Shown: positions 19,712 through 29,500 of the stretch, piece by piece
How positions within the stretch are numbered: the first letter of the stretch is position 1
Layout: every line of letters begins with the position of its first letter
From: a virus
Lineage: Duplodnaviria; Heunggongvirae; Uroviricota; Caudoviricetes
DNA: 64,000 bases
Virus record (IMG/VR): IMGVR_UViG_3300006217_000002
Strand: one strand, 5' to 3'
Translations under genes and position numbers: made by a program
The notes under the pieces: model-generated
What the model saw: only the letters and a program-made list of their open reading frames with translations
The model's database searches: none
What the model was told of the DNA's origin: nothing

Positions 19712-21277
19712 ATGGGATTCTATGAAGCGATGGAGAAAACAGTCAATGGGAATAATAACATTTCTGTGACGGAGAATGGTGCTATTGGATACAGGTCGAC
19801 GGGCAGGAGCCTGTTAGACCTTAATTTTTCCACGTCCTCTTTGAGGAATATGGATCCTGAGAGAATTACTTCGCAATTCTCTCAGGCCTGGGAAGAGGAC
19901 CGTGAGCTGGCGTTGCGCTGGTTATTCTTCCTTCGTGATGTGAGAGAAGGTCTTGGTGAGAGAAGATCGTTCCGAATCATTCTTCATTGGCTCGGAGAGA
20001 ACTATCCTATTCTTACCTGCAAGCTTCTTGTCAATAAAACTGATGAGGGATACGTCATTCCTTTCTACGGTAGGTGGGATGATATCTTCGAACTGATGGA
20101 TATGTTCCCGACACACATCATCAACGTTGTTAAGAAACAGATTAATTCAGATCTTTTTAACGCTGGAAACAATAAACCTGTGTCTCTATTAGCTAAGTGG
20201 ATGCCTTCTAATAATGCTACAAGCAAAGCAACCCTCAAACTCGCTGATCGTTTAGCTAGCGGAATGAGGCTATCTCCGAGGAACTACAGGAAGATGTTAT
20301 CAAAACTTCGTAAGTACATCGATGTCGTCGAGGTAAAGATGAGCGGTGGAGAATGGGACAAGATCAACTACGAGAGTGTTCCATCTAAAGCTAATCTTCT
20401 GTACAATCAGGCTTTCTACAGGCATGATCCTGAAAGACGAAGAGAGTTCCTTGATAAACTTTCTACCGGTGAAGCGAAGATCAATGCTTCTACATCATAT
20501 CCGTATGAGATTTACCATCGGATGAGAGATGCGGATGATGATGAGGTAGCTACGCTTGAAGCTATGTGGAAATCTATTCTGGAAGGAGTGACTATCGAGC
20601 AGAACGTCATTGTAGTATGTGATGGATCTGGTAGTATGGAAAAGCCTATTTCTACCAGTACAAATGCTACTGCATATGATGTAGCAAACTCCCTGGCCCT
20701 ATACTTCTCAGAAACATTGAGGGGTGAGTTCCATGGGAAGTTCATCACTTTCAGTGAATCTCCTAAGCTTGTGGATGTTGGATGTTATGAAACCCTTTCT
20801 GAGAAGATGAGGGAAACATATAGACACAGAGAAGTTGCTAATACCAACATTGAGGCGGTTTTTGACTTAGTCCTTCAGACTGCTGTTGAAAATAACCTGA
20901 GTGCTGGTGATATGCCTGATTCGATCTTAATCATTTCCGACATGGAATTTGATAGATGTTCAGAGGATAATTACGGGAGTTACCTGATGCGTGATGTAGG
21001 AAGATCTAAGACCTTATTCGAACGTATCGCTAAGCGATTTGCTGAGAAAGGGTACAAACTTCCGAGACTTATCTTCTGGAACGTGTGCAGCAGAACGATG
21101 ACAATTCCTGTGAAGGAAAATGAACTCGGGGTTGCACTTGTATCAGGCTTCAGTGTCAACAACATCAACATGATATTGAGCGGAGAAATGGATCCTTATC
21201 TCTGCCTTGTTCATGAGCTTAAGAAAGAACGTTACGATCGTGTGATCGACGTTGTTGGCGAAGAGCTCAACATGTAA
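19712..21277 (+). CDS. vWA-domain protein with a MIDAS motif. It resembles DUF2828 or Ro60/TROVE proteins.
   Basis: VVCDGSGSM (DxSxS MIDAS) at ~20611-20640. Helical N-terminal half. RBS AAGGAGG. Confidence 0.55.
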   Translation: MGFYEAMEKTVNGNNNISVTENGAIGYRSTGRSLLDLNFSTSSLRNMDPERITSQFSQAWEEDRELALRWLFFLRDVREGLGERRSFRIILHWLGENYPILTCKLLVNKTDEGYVIPFYGRWDDIFELMDMFPTHIINVVKKQINSDLFNAGNNKPVSLLAKWMPSNNATSKATLKLADRLASGMRLSPRNYRKMLSKLRKYIDVVEVKMSGGEWDKINYESVPSKANLLYNQAFYRHDPERRREFLDKLSTGEAKINASTSYPYEIYHRMRDADDDEVATLEAMWKSILEGVTIEQNVIVVCDGSGSMEKPISTSTNATAYDVANSLALYFSETLRGEFHGKFITFSESPKLVDVGCYETLSEKMRETYRHREVANTNIEAVFDLVLQTAVENNLSAGDMPDSILIISDMEFDRCSEDNYGSYLMRDVGRSKTLFERIAKRFAEKGYKLPRLIFWNVCSRTMTIPVKENELGVALVSGFSVNNINMILSGEMDPYLCLVHELKKERYDRVIDVVGEELNM

Positions 21278-21340
21278 CAACGACGGGAGGGGGCCATTCG
21301 GTCCTCTCCCTATATTTTTACATTTAAAGGAGGAATGATA

Positions 21341-22846
21341 ATGTCAGCAATACTTAACAAATCCAAAGATCCATTGGTTCAAATTTATCCATTCAGTTTA
21401 ACATATGCGATATTTGAAGATTATGATATGGCCATAAGTATCTATGTTCCTGGGTTAGCTGAAGCAATAAAAACTTTGAATGAGAATGAACAGTTAGCTC
21501 TTAAATTGAGATTCGAAGAAAATAAAACTCTTGATGAAGTGGGAGAAGGATTAGGAGGTAAAAGCAGAGAAAGAGTTCGTCAAATAATTGCTAAAGCATT
21601 ACGTAGACTCAAACATCCATCCAGATCATCAAAATTTATTCCTGTAAGTAAAGAAGAGCTTAGGAATGAAGTGAATAAAGTCAGAGAAGAAAACGATACA
21701 TTGAAAAGAACTATCGGCGGTCTTACTGAGTTATTAGAGAAAGCCGGTGTTATATCTAAAGAAAAGAAACTCGAGATCGATTCAAGAAATGATTTATGGG
21801 AGGACTCCGATGAAATATCGATAGAAGAATTGGAATTATCAGTTAGATCTTATAACTGTCTAAAACGCGCAGGTGTAGAAACATTATTTGATCTCTCTTT
21901 GATGACAGAACAGGATCTCATGAATGTGAGAAATCTTGGAAGATCATCATTTGATGAAATCGTTAAGAAAATGAAAGAACATAACCATACACTTGCCGAT
22001 GGTTTAGATGAAAATAGCATCATTAGTCTTGAATACCATCATCAGATTAAAAGACGATTGATGGAGTTGAATATCAGAACAGTGGATCAGTTAACAGCTA
22101 TGTCAGTAGATGACATAATTAATGCTGGTTTCAATTCGTCCGATATAAAAGCTATAAAGAATGCGTTAATAAGCGTTGGTAAAGAATTATCACATAATGA
22201 AGATGTGATGAAGTTTGATATAGATGATGAAATAAAGGATATACTTCGTCAACACGAATTGCTTACGGTGGCTAGCCTCATAGATAAGTATTACGAAGAC
22301 TATCTGGAAGATGGCGTACTTGATTCATATGGAATGAAAGAGCTTGCTACTTATATGTCTCTAAGAGGTACTCCATTAAATCATAAACCGGATCCATTGA
22401 TTACTAAAACAGAAAAACACATGTACGGTTGTAATGTTACTGATTTAGGCATCACTACTCGTACTGTTGAATTACTAAATGGATCTGGTATATTCACTTT
22501 AGATAGCTTAGTAAGTATCACAGCTAAAAAGGCTAGGAGTATATTGTCGGCAGAAAAAGATCATGTGGATACATTACTGAAAGAACTTATCTACAAAATG
22601 AATGAAAGAGGCCTTCATTTCGCATATACTAAAGAAGACGTCATGAATATCAAGTTGATGAATGCTAACATTTCATTCTATACAAAATCAATACTCAATC
22701 TGTCAATGATATATACTGTTAAAGACTTACTTGAATATGACAGGTTAGATGAGCTTAAAAAGAAAGAGGGTGAGATACATGAAATAGATAGATTAGTTCA
22801 CGATTGTAAAGAATTACTTGAACATGCAGTGGTAGTAGAACCGTAA
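21341..22846 (+). CDS. Fusion of sigma-70 region 4 with RNAP alpha-CTD-like repeats; putative transcription-hijacking factor
   Basis: N-terminal [41 protein letters not shown] matches sigma region 4.1/4.2. [25 protein letters not shown]...[14 protein letters not shown] matches the alpha-CTD HhH. About four more degenerate repeats follow. No sigma region 2. Confidence 0.75.
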   Translation: MSAILNKSKDPLVQIYPFSLTYAIFEDYDMAISIYVPGLAEAIKTLNENEQLALKLRFEENKTLDEVGEGLGGKSRERVRQIIAKALRRLKHPSRSSKFIPVSKEELRNEVNKVREENDTLKRTIGGLTELLEKAGVISKEKKLEIDSRNDLWEDSDEISIEELELSVRSYNCLKRAGVETLFDLSLMTEQDLMNVRNLGRSSFDEIVKKMKEHNHTLADGLDENSIISLEYHHQIKRRLMELNIRTVDQLTAMSVDDIINAGFNSSDIKAIKNALISVGKELSHNEDVMKFDIDDEIKDILRQHELLTVASLIDKYYEDYLEDGVLDSYGMKELATYMSLRGTPLNHKPDPLITKTEKHMYGCNVTDLGITTRTVELLNGSGIFTLDSLVSITAKKARSILSAEKDHVDTLLKELIYKMNERGLHFAYTKEDVMNIKLMNANISFYTKSILNLSMIYTVKDLLEYDRLDELKKKEGEIHEIDRLVHDCKELLEHAVVVEP

Positions 22847-22894
22847 GGTTTTATTATAGAATCAATATTTTAAAATAAGGAGGAAATATTAATC

Positions 22895-23158
22895 ATGGCT
22901 GAAGTAAAATTTATTCCTATGAACGCATTAGTTGAAGAAGGCAAAGATGCTCCGGAAGGTACTGTAAAGGTGAAGTGCAGCTGCTGCGGCAGAGAGTTCG
23001 CTGTAAGTGGAGAAGATGCAGCATCGTCACTCTTTAACGGAGTACATGTATGTGAGGAATGTAAACCTGCATATGAACAGCAACAGGCACAGGCAAATGT
23101 AAACGAAATGAAAACCAATGATGCTGCTGATACGATCTCGACAGCTCTCGGCAAATAG
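22895..23158 (+). CDS. Small Cys-rich (zinc-ribbon-like) protein
   Basis: CSCCGREF...VCEECK. RBS AAGGAGG. Confidence 0.45.
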   Translation: MAEVKFIPMNALVEEGKDAPEGTVKVKCSCCGREFAVSGEDAASSLFNGVHVCEECKPAYEQQQAQANVNEMKTNDAADTISTALGK

Positions 23159-23248
23159 GATTAACTAAGCAGCGAATATAAAGTTAATGGTGGTGGGGAG
23201 TTTATACCCCACCACTGTAACTATTATTTTTATAGGAGAATTTAAGAT

Positions 23249-23686
23249 TTGGATGATAAATATGGAATATATAAAGTTCCAATAGAGAATGTTAATAACA
23301 ATTTCAAATTCCTCAATCATGTTGATAATATAGAAAAACTTGTTCAAATATGCTGGAGTTATGATATACATGAAGAACTTGAACATGGGGATTACTTGTA
23401 TCAATATATAGAAATTGTTCCAATGGAAGAATATTGGTTGTACATGAAATCTACGCATCCGTGGGGAATCCCTGACAGAATAATCAAATTCACGTTAAAT
23501 TATCAAATGCATCTGGAACGTGATTATGATAAGATAGAAATATACCCTGTTAATATGGATTGGTTTGAAGCATTTCTCATGATAAGATCTCAATGTATAC
23601 AAAGACTCAAAGATCTGTTAATGAAGTCAGATAGACCTAGGTTAATAGATAGAGTTAGAAGGGGTGGTGCAGCATCGAAAGAGTAA
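23249..23686 (+). CDS. Hypothetical protein with a TTG start
   Basis: ORF. taggag 10 nt upstream of TTG. Confidence 0.35.
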   Translation: MDDKYGIYKVPIENVNNNFKFLNHVDNIEKLVQICWSYDIHEELEHGDYLYQYIEIVPMEEYWLYMKSTHPWGIPDRIIKFTLNYQMHLERDYDKIEIYPVNMDWFEAFLMIRSQCIQRLKDLLMKSDRPRLIDRVRRGGAASKE

Positions 23687-23715
23687 AGAAAATTCCATAT
23701 TATATAAACAACAAA

Positions 23716-24006
23716 ATGGATTATCCGTATAATTTAATGGCTAGGCTATTTTGGACCAACGACGTTTGGAGTTTAAAATTTAATTGGGAAGAATTGGAGA
23801 AATGCATATTTAGTCTTCCTGGGGATGAGTTCCATGCTATATATCTACGTTTCAGAAGAAACTATTCTTTCAAAGATATAGGAGAGGAATTCGAAAGTAC
23901 TGCATCATATGGGCGTCACATAGTCGACTACGCATTGCGTCGGTTAAGAAGACCTGAGTACTTATTAAGATATATGAAAGACATGGAAACAGAAGGCTCT
24001 CAATAG
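23716..24006 (+). CDS. Small sigma-70 region-4-like HTH protein
   Basis: FKDIGEEFESTASYGRHIVDYALRRLRRPEY resembles sigma r4 or an ECF sigma C-terminus. Confidence 0.45.
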   Translation: MDYPYNLMARLFWTNDVWSLKFNWEELEKCIFSLPGDEFHAIYLRFRRNYSFKDIGEEFESTASYGRHIVDYALRRLRRPEYLLRYMKDMETEGSQ

Positions 24007-24010
24007 TAGC

Positions 24011-24046
24011 AGTGAAGAGAGGGAGAACCCACTCCCTCTCTTCACT
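24011..24046. terminator. Bidirectional terminator hairpin
   Basis: agtgaagagagggagaacccactccctctcttcact. Confidence 0.6.
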
Positions 24047-24071
24047 TATATTTTATAAATTTATTTTTTAT

Positions 24072-24227
24072 TTAATATCCACTATGTCCAGGCTGGCTAT
24101 TACGAGCATCAGCTAATCTATTATTTATTTCAGCCTGTATTAATGCTTCACGATCTTTATTCAATTCTTTTTGTACAGCTTCATCAATTCGTTTTTGCTC
24201 TTCTGACGTGAACGTAATGTTACTCAT
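24072..24227 (-). CDS. Small hypothetical protein (51 aa from the ATG with an RBS)
   Basis: AAAGGAG 9 nt upstream on the minus strand. Confidence 0.35.
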   Translation of the reverse strand: MSNITFTSEEQKRIDEAVQKELNKDREALIQAEINNRLADARNSQPGHSGY

Positions 24228-24291
24228 AACAGATTTTCTCCTTTCAAGTATTTTCAATTTACTATTATGAGTAATATAAAAATAATATTAT

Positions 24292-24325
24292 AATAGGTAT
24301 GGGGTTAATTAACCCCATACCTATT
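24292..24325. repeat. Perfect 34-bp palindrome (17/17) downstream of the DGR target gene
   Basis: aataggtatggggttaattaaccccatacctatt. Confidence 0.7.
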
Positions 24326-24401
24326 ATCAATCTTTTCGAATCTTTTATAAATCAAATAAGGGGACACACTGCTCGCGTTTCCCCTCTTACTACGCTACGC
24401 T

Positions 24402-24431
24402 GCGTAATTCACCCTTTCTTCGACATTACGC
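24402..24431 (-). other. Short hairpin overlapping the stop codon of the DGR target gene, just beyond the VR end (24443). The target gene stop is at 24423-24425.
   Basis: gcgtaat...attacgc, a 7-bp stem. Confidence 0.45.
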
Positions 24432-26045
24432 TGCAGGCTTACAAGAAACAGCCGCGCCAATGCCCCAGTACGAGTTCGAAACGAGATCGTCCAAGGTGCA
24501 GGCGAACGCGCCGCAGTAAGAACCATCGTCCGAACGACCACCGAACAAAGCGAAACGTTTATCATTATTTCTATACCATAAACGATCACAAAAGTCAGTA
24601 GTAGAACTTCCATTGAGACTATTAGGGAATAGTCCGAATCTATTAACAAGCATATTGTTAATATATCCGTAGAAATAACTAGGATCATCAGGATTAGTAA
24701 TACCAGTTTGTCCAGCAAGACGAATAGTAGTATCAATGTATCCTTCACCTGTCTCGTTATAATCAGTAGCTGTTGATCCATCATGCTTACCTTTGGTCAT
24801 CTTGACTTTCAAGACTCCATTATCAAGAATCATACCATGCGTACGTTTCCATACATTTCCCCAGAAGTTTTCAATACCAAATACCTTAACAGCAAGGTTA
24901 TCTGCTGAATATCCGAAGAACAATCCCTTGTTATCAAGAGTACCGGAATTGAGTACTCCCTGATCACCTGAACCAGGGGCTTTATTATAGTAACCATTCA
25001 TATTACCATTACCAAATACAGCCTGTGTATTAGTACTCTTTCCAATTAATATTAAGAGTAAACTGAGGAGTTGACGATCTGAAAGTACATCAATATCCCA
25101 ACATGTTTTACCACTCGGATTGTTAGCACGGCATTCAGTAATCTGAATAGTTCCAGTTTGAGATCTTGTAGGAGCTTTACCGCTAAGAGATCTAATTTTA
25201 TCTGATACTAACGCTCCATCATATGCAGCTCTGTATAGATAAGGAATAATTTTACCATTTGCGTCAGTATGAGCAAATGCAAAATAGTTCTCATCGATCT
25301 TACTAGCAGCAAAATAAAACTTAGGTTTATTGGAATTAGAAGTATCAATCTTGATATAAACAGTAGGAATACCTACCATTACATTACCAGCAAGAGAATC
25401 ACTAGTAATGTTAGATGCTGATCCATCCTTCTTCTTACTGTAATCATTTGGATTAAGTTCATATGCTACTGTACCATCAAAGTTCAGTACACATGGTTTC
25501 AGATTCTTAATGAACCATGCATCTGCCCAGTCACCATAATCGAATGCTCCTGCTGTGAAATCCATGTGTACAGGTTCATAGTTTGCATTCGCACCAAGAT
25601 AACGAACTTTACAATCAGGGTCTGATTCATTGAGATTAAGCTCAAATCCAAATACATCAGGATTTGTCTCTACGATAGAATCGTCCATAAAGATAGGAGT
25701 TGGGTTTCCATCATCATTGAATCCAACTACCTGACCCTTTGTTCCTGTAATCTTACTCTGTGCTCCAACATCTGATGCACTTAATGAAATATCCTTATCA
25801 AGTGATTTTCCATTAATAGTTCTGGATGTTGGAACTGCTCCTACTTGTTCTGCTGTAACCTCATGAGGGTTATCCTTGTTTGTGGAATGACCGTTGTCAA
25901 CATCTCCATCAAGAGATACGGTAACGGTTGAACCTGACTGGGTAATATCGATATTTTTACCACCTACAAGTTCGATTGCGCTCTGGCCGTTAATTGTGGC
26001 GTCTCTGCCACGTACTGGTCCTAAATCTAATTCTTTAGCAGCCAT
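24426..26045 (-). CDS. DGR target protein. Tail-fibre or receptor-binding-like, with a C-terminal CLec-type variable region.
   Basis: The C-terminus ...ALFGGRSDDGSYCGAFACTLDDLVSNSYWGIGAAVS contains the VR. The N-terminus is paralogous to the ORF at 63445. Confidence 0.8.
   Translation of the reverse strand: MAAKELDLGPVRGRDATINGQSAIELVGGKNIDITQSGSTVTVSLDGDVDNGHSTNKDNPHEVTAEQVGAVPTSRTINGKSLDKDISLSASDVGAQSKITGTKGQVVGFNDDGNPTPIFMDDSIVETNPDVFGFELNLNESDPDCKVRYLGANANYEPVHMDFTAGAFDYGDWADAWFIKNLKPCVLNFDGTVAYELNPNDYSKKKDGSASNITSDSLAGNVMVGIPTVYIKIDTSNSNKPKFYFAASKIDENYFAFAHTDANGKIIPYLYRAAYDGALVSDKIRSLSGKAPTRSQTGTIQITECRANNPSGKTCWDIDVLSDRQLLSLLLILIGKSTNTQAVFGNGNMNGYYNKAPGSGDQGVLNSGTLDNKGLFFGYSADNLAVKVFGIENFWGNVWKRTHGMILDNGVLKVKMTKGKHDGSTATDYNETGEGYIDTTIRLAGQTGITNPDDPSYFYGYINNMLVNRFGLFPNSLNGSSTTDFCDRLWYRNNDKRFALFGGRSDDGSYCGAFACTLDDLVSNSYWGIGAAVSCKPAA
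24443..24552 (-). repeat. DGR variable repeat (VR) encoding the C-terminal ~36 aa of the target protein
   Basis: The reverse complement aligns over 110 nt with the TR at 31166-31275. All 11 mismatches are at TR adenines. Confidence 0.9.
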
Positions 26046-26143
26046 AAATTAATACCGTCCTTTCTTATTTTCTTTCCTAATATATTAGAAAATAGAATAC
26101 CAATATATTAGTTTACATTAATTTGTTCTTTTTAAAAACGGAA

Positions 26144-26422
26144 TCATTCCAATGTTGCAATAAGATGCCCATCAGAATTGATATGCATATTTGGAGCTTC
26201 ATCACCGGTATATGTTGCAATAAGATGCCCATCACTTTCTCTAATATCAAAAGCAATGAATCCAGTCCCTCCACCACCAATTTTCTTAATAATTTCGGCA
26301 ACTTTCTCTTCGAACGTATTCTGACTAACATAAGCTCCTTTAAGTGCGGAAAAAACAGCTTCAAGCAATGCGTCAAGACCATTTTCGTCAATAACACTAA
26401 TCTTATTAGTTGTATCAGCCAT
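26144..26422 (-). CDS. Small acidic protein containing a tandem SDGHLIAT repeat
   Basis: AGGAGG RBS on the minus strand. A 23-bp direct repeat atgttgcaataagatgcccatca lies at 26151-26173 and 26209-26231. Confidence 0.5.
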   Translation of the reverse strand: MADTTNKISVIDENGLDALLEAVFSALKGAYVSQNTFEEKVAEIIKKIGGGGTGFIAFDIRESDGHLIATYTGDEAPNMHINSDGHLIATLE

Positions 26423-26575
26423 TTTAATCTACCTCCTTAATTATATTTTTTGAGAGATGAAATTAAGTTCCATCAGATTATATCCTGGTTTAAATAAAAG
26501 AGCACCATTAATACTATAATTTTCAGTACAGCTTCTTAATTTATAATCTCTATATAGAAAGGTGAGTGTTTTAAT

Positions 26576-29500
26576 ATGGATGAAATGAGATTTGAAGACA
26601 TCGGATATGGATCACATATATTAGAATATCCCAAAGATTTATCATTTTCTGAAAATGTTAAGTACGCAAGCGCTGAATTCAATAAACTTCATACAAGAAA
26701 AGTGAGACTTCCTGATGGTAAAGGAAATGTAATTTATCTATTAACTAATACATTCGATTCTGCTATTAGGATGATTAATTCCAATCACTTTATCATTCCT
26801 CCTTCATATACAAAAATTTTTTATCCTCAGTTTTCTGCAGGATCATTTATGGGAAAACGATATAAAGTTAATACTGGTAAATTGAAAAAGGATAGAGATG
26901 TGGTTATCAAATCGAAGACTAGGTTAAAACCATATCCTACAAAGAAACTTCAGAAGAGTATCGAAAATATTTTGTTTTCTACATCTGATATTTATGAAAC
27001 ATTCAAGCCTATAATGGATAGATATTCTATTAAACGTTGCTATGAAGAGTTCATGTCTAATTTCGTAGATGTGTTAACAAAACTAACTCCTGAAGTTACC
27101 CAACAGAAAGATGATCCTAACTGGAATAACAGGCTGATCATCATTGATGCAGATTCATTTAGCTTTAAAAAAGATGCTAAGTTAAATGATAATAAAACCA
27201 ATCCTCTATATCTAATATATCTTGCATTTCTGAGAAATAGAGATTTAAGTAATATGAATGTAGATATAGATATGATGATTTGTTCAAAGAATATGTTTCT
27301 GAAGTTCAATCCAGCAAAGACAACTATGAAGACTTGGAGCGTATTTAGACAAGGATTATTCAGAATCATAAATGCAAATTTGGATGATTATACAGAAAAA
27401 CTTTCTGAAGAGGAGAAGAACGAATTAGCAGAAACTGCAAACGATAAAATTGTAACAAATATAGTCAAGGATGCTACTGATCCTTATACTAAGAATGTAT
27501 CAGCATCTACTAAAGCTGTAGTAAATAATGCAGTTGAGAATAAACTTCGTAAACAAGTTGCGGTTGTTGTGGCTCAGGATCAGGAGATAAAAAAGACAAT
27601 AGGTGATGAAGAACCTAAACCTGACTTATTCAAGCAGAGCTTACAAAAACAATCTGCTGGATCTTCATTAATAAATCGAAATCCTATATCTAATCCTCTT
27701 GATAAGAAACATGAGAAATTATTTAAGAATATAGCAGGATATCAATCACTTGGATCTGATACTGGGCAGTATATTGACGATGACGATGAAGACTTCGATT
27801 ATCCTTATGAAGATGAGGATGAAGAAGGAGTGGAAGAATTCGAGGATGGTATCAAGACTGATGCTCAAGATCTTCTTATTAATGATGCTGACATTGCTGA
27901 AGAGATACTAGATGAAATTCAGGATAAGGTAGTTCCTTTGAAGAATGATAAGAATTCTCCTGTTAATTCAGCAAGAGATAAGAAGTTACGTGAAGAGCAA
28001 AAGAAAGTAGTAGTTCAAAATGAAACTATCGAACAGATACTTGAAAGAGATACATCGAATGTAAAAATTCAGGAAGAAGATAAATCTAGTGTAATGCATA
28101 CTACCAATCAGAATATGCATAAGATTAGATTTGCTAATTTTGATAAGACATACATCGATGAGATATACATGAGAGATATTGTGAAATGTTTCGATATGTT
28201 GAAAGATCAGGAGAGTCCTTTCTATATTACAAATATAGATATCAAAGATACATCTACTACACTTGATTTCAAAGATACCTGGACTGTTTCATTGAAAGAT
28301 GAATTAGGTAAGAAGCATACAATTAGAGTAGATATACCTAAGTTCCAAAATGACCGATTTATGTTAATCAACGGAACAAGGTTTATGATCTTAAAACAGA
28401 ACTTCTACAATCCTCTTGTCAAAGATACACCCGATACTGTTATCCTTACTACGAATTACAATAAGATTACTATACAGCGTAGATCCACTAAGTCTCTTGG
28501 TACTATAGAAAGAATCTTTAGCTTGATAAAGAAGAGCGGAGATTCTGATATGTTTATGACTGGAGATTCTAGCAAGGGAAACATGAAGTATATTTCTTCT
28601 CTTGAATACGATGAATTATCAAGAAGACTTTTCAGATTTAAGTCTGATAATTGTTTATTATGTTTCTCTAGAGACTATATTAAGGATAATATGGAAGATC
28701 AAATTCCTTCTGATATAAAAGGTAACGAGTTCTTTATAGGAATGGAAGGTAAAACTCCTGTACTGATAGATGAAGATACTGGATTGGATAGAACTGGAAG
28801 AACTATAGTCGATATTATAGAAGCTAATCTACCAGATCAATACAAAAAGATCTTTGATTCAATTAAAGGACCTAAACAGTCTATGTTTGTCGAGGGTAAA
28901 CTTGCAGGGGAATTTATTCCTATTATTTCTACATTGATAGTATGGATTGGATTAACAAAAGCTCTTGATAAAATGAATATTACTTGGAGATTTGATCCAA
29001 ATGCTAAACGAGTTCCTCAATCTACATCAAGTAAGAGGTATATAAGATTTGCTGATGGAGTACTTGAATATGAAGCTAAGACGTATGCAGAATTGATTCT
29101 TAATGGATTAGCTAAAATGAAACCAGAACAGTTCAAGTTTGAAGATTTCAACAGCGAAGTGGGATATGATGATTTCATTTACTCTCAATGGGGTAGTTAT
29201 AATGGAATTACAGAGTTGAAAAACTTTAAAGAATTCCTTATTGATCCTATAACAAAGAGAGTATGTCAGGATATGATGCTACCTGATGATCCAGCTGGAT
29301 TGTTAATAAGAGCAGTACAGTTATTATCTGACAATGCATATACCTCAAAAGCTTCTGATAAATCATACAGAACTAGATCTGTTGAAATTATTGCAGCAAT
29401 ACTTTATTCATGCTTAGCAACTCAATACAGAGCATACGTTAAATCAGGACGAAGAATACCTATGACACTGAATCAACGATGTGTAATATCTAAACTTATT

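Noticed and set aside
24299-24784. ORFs 24299-24601 (+) and 24395-24784 (-) in the track
   Set aside because: They overlap the VR and the 3' end of the DGR target gene in other frames. No RBS. They are products of GC-rich repeat sequence.
26123-26440. Plus-strand 105-aa ORF
   Set aside because: It overlaps the minus-strand ORF that has a strong AGGAGG RBS. The plus-strand version has no RBS and a Cys/Asn-rich nonsense composition.
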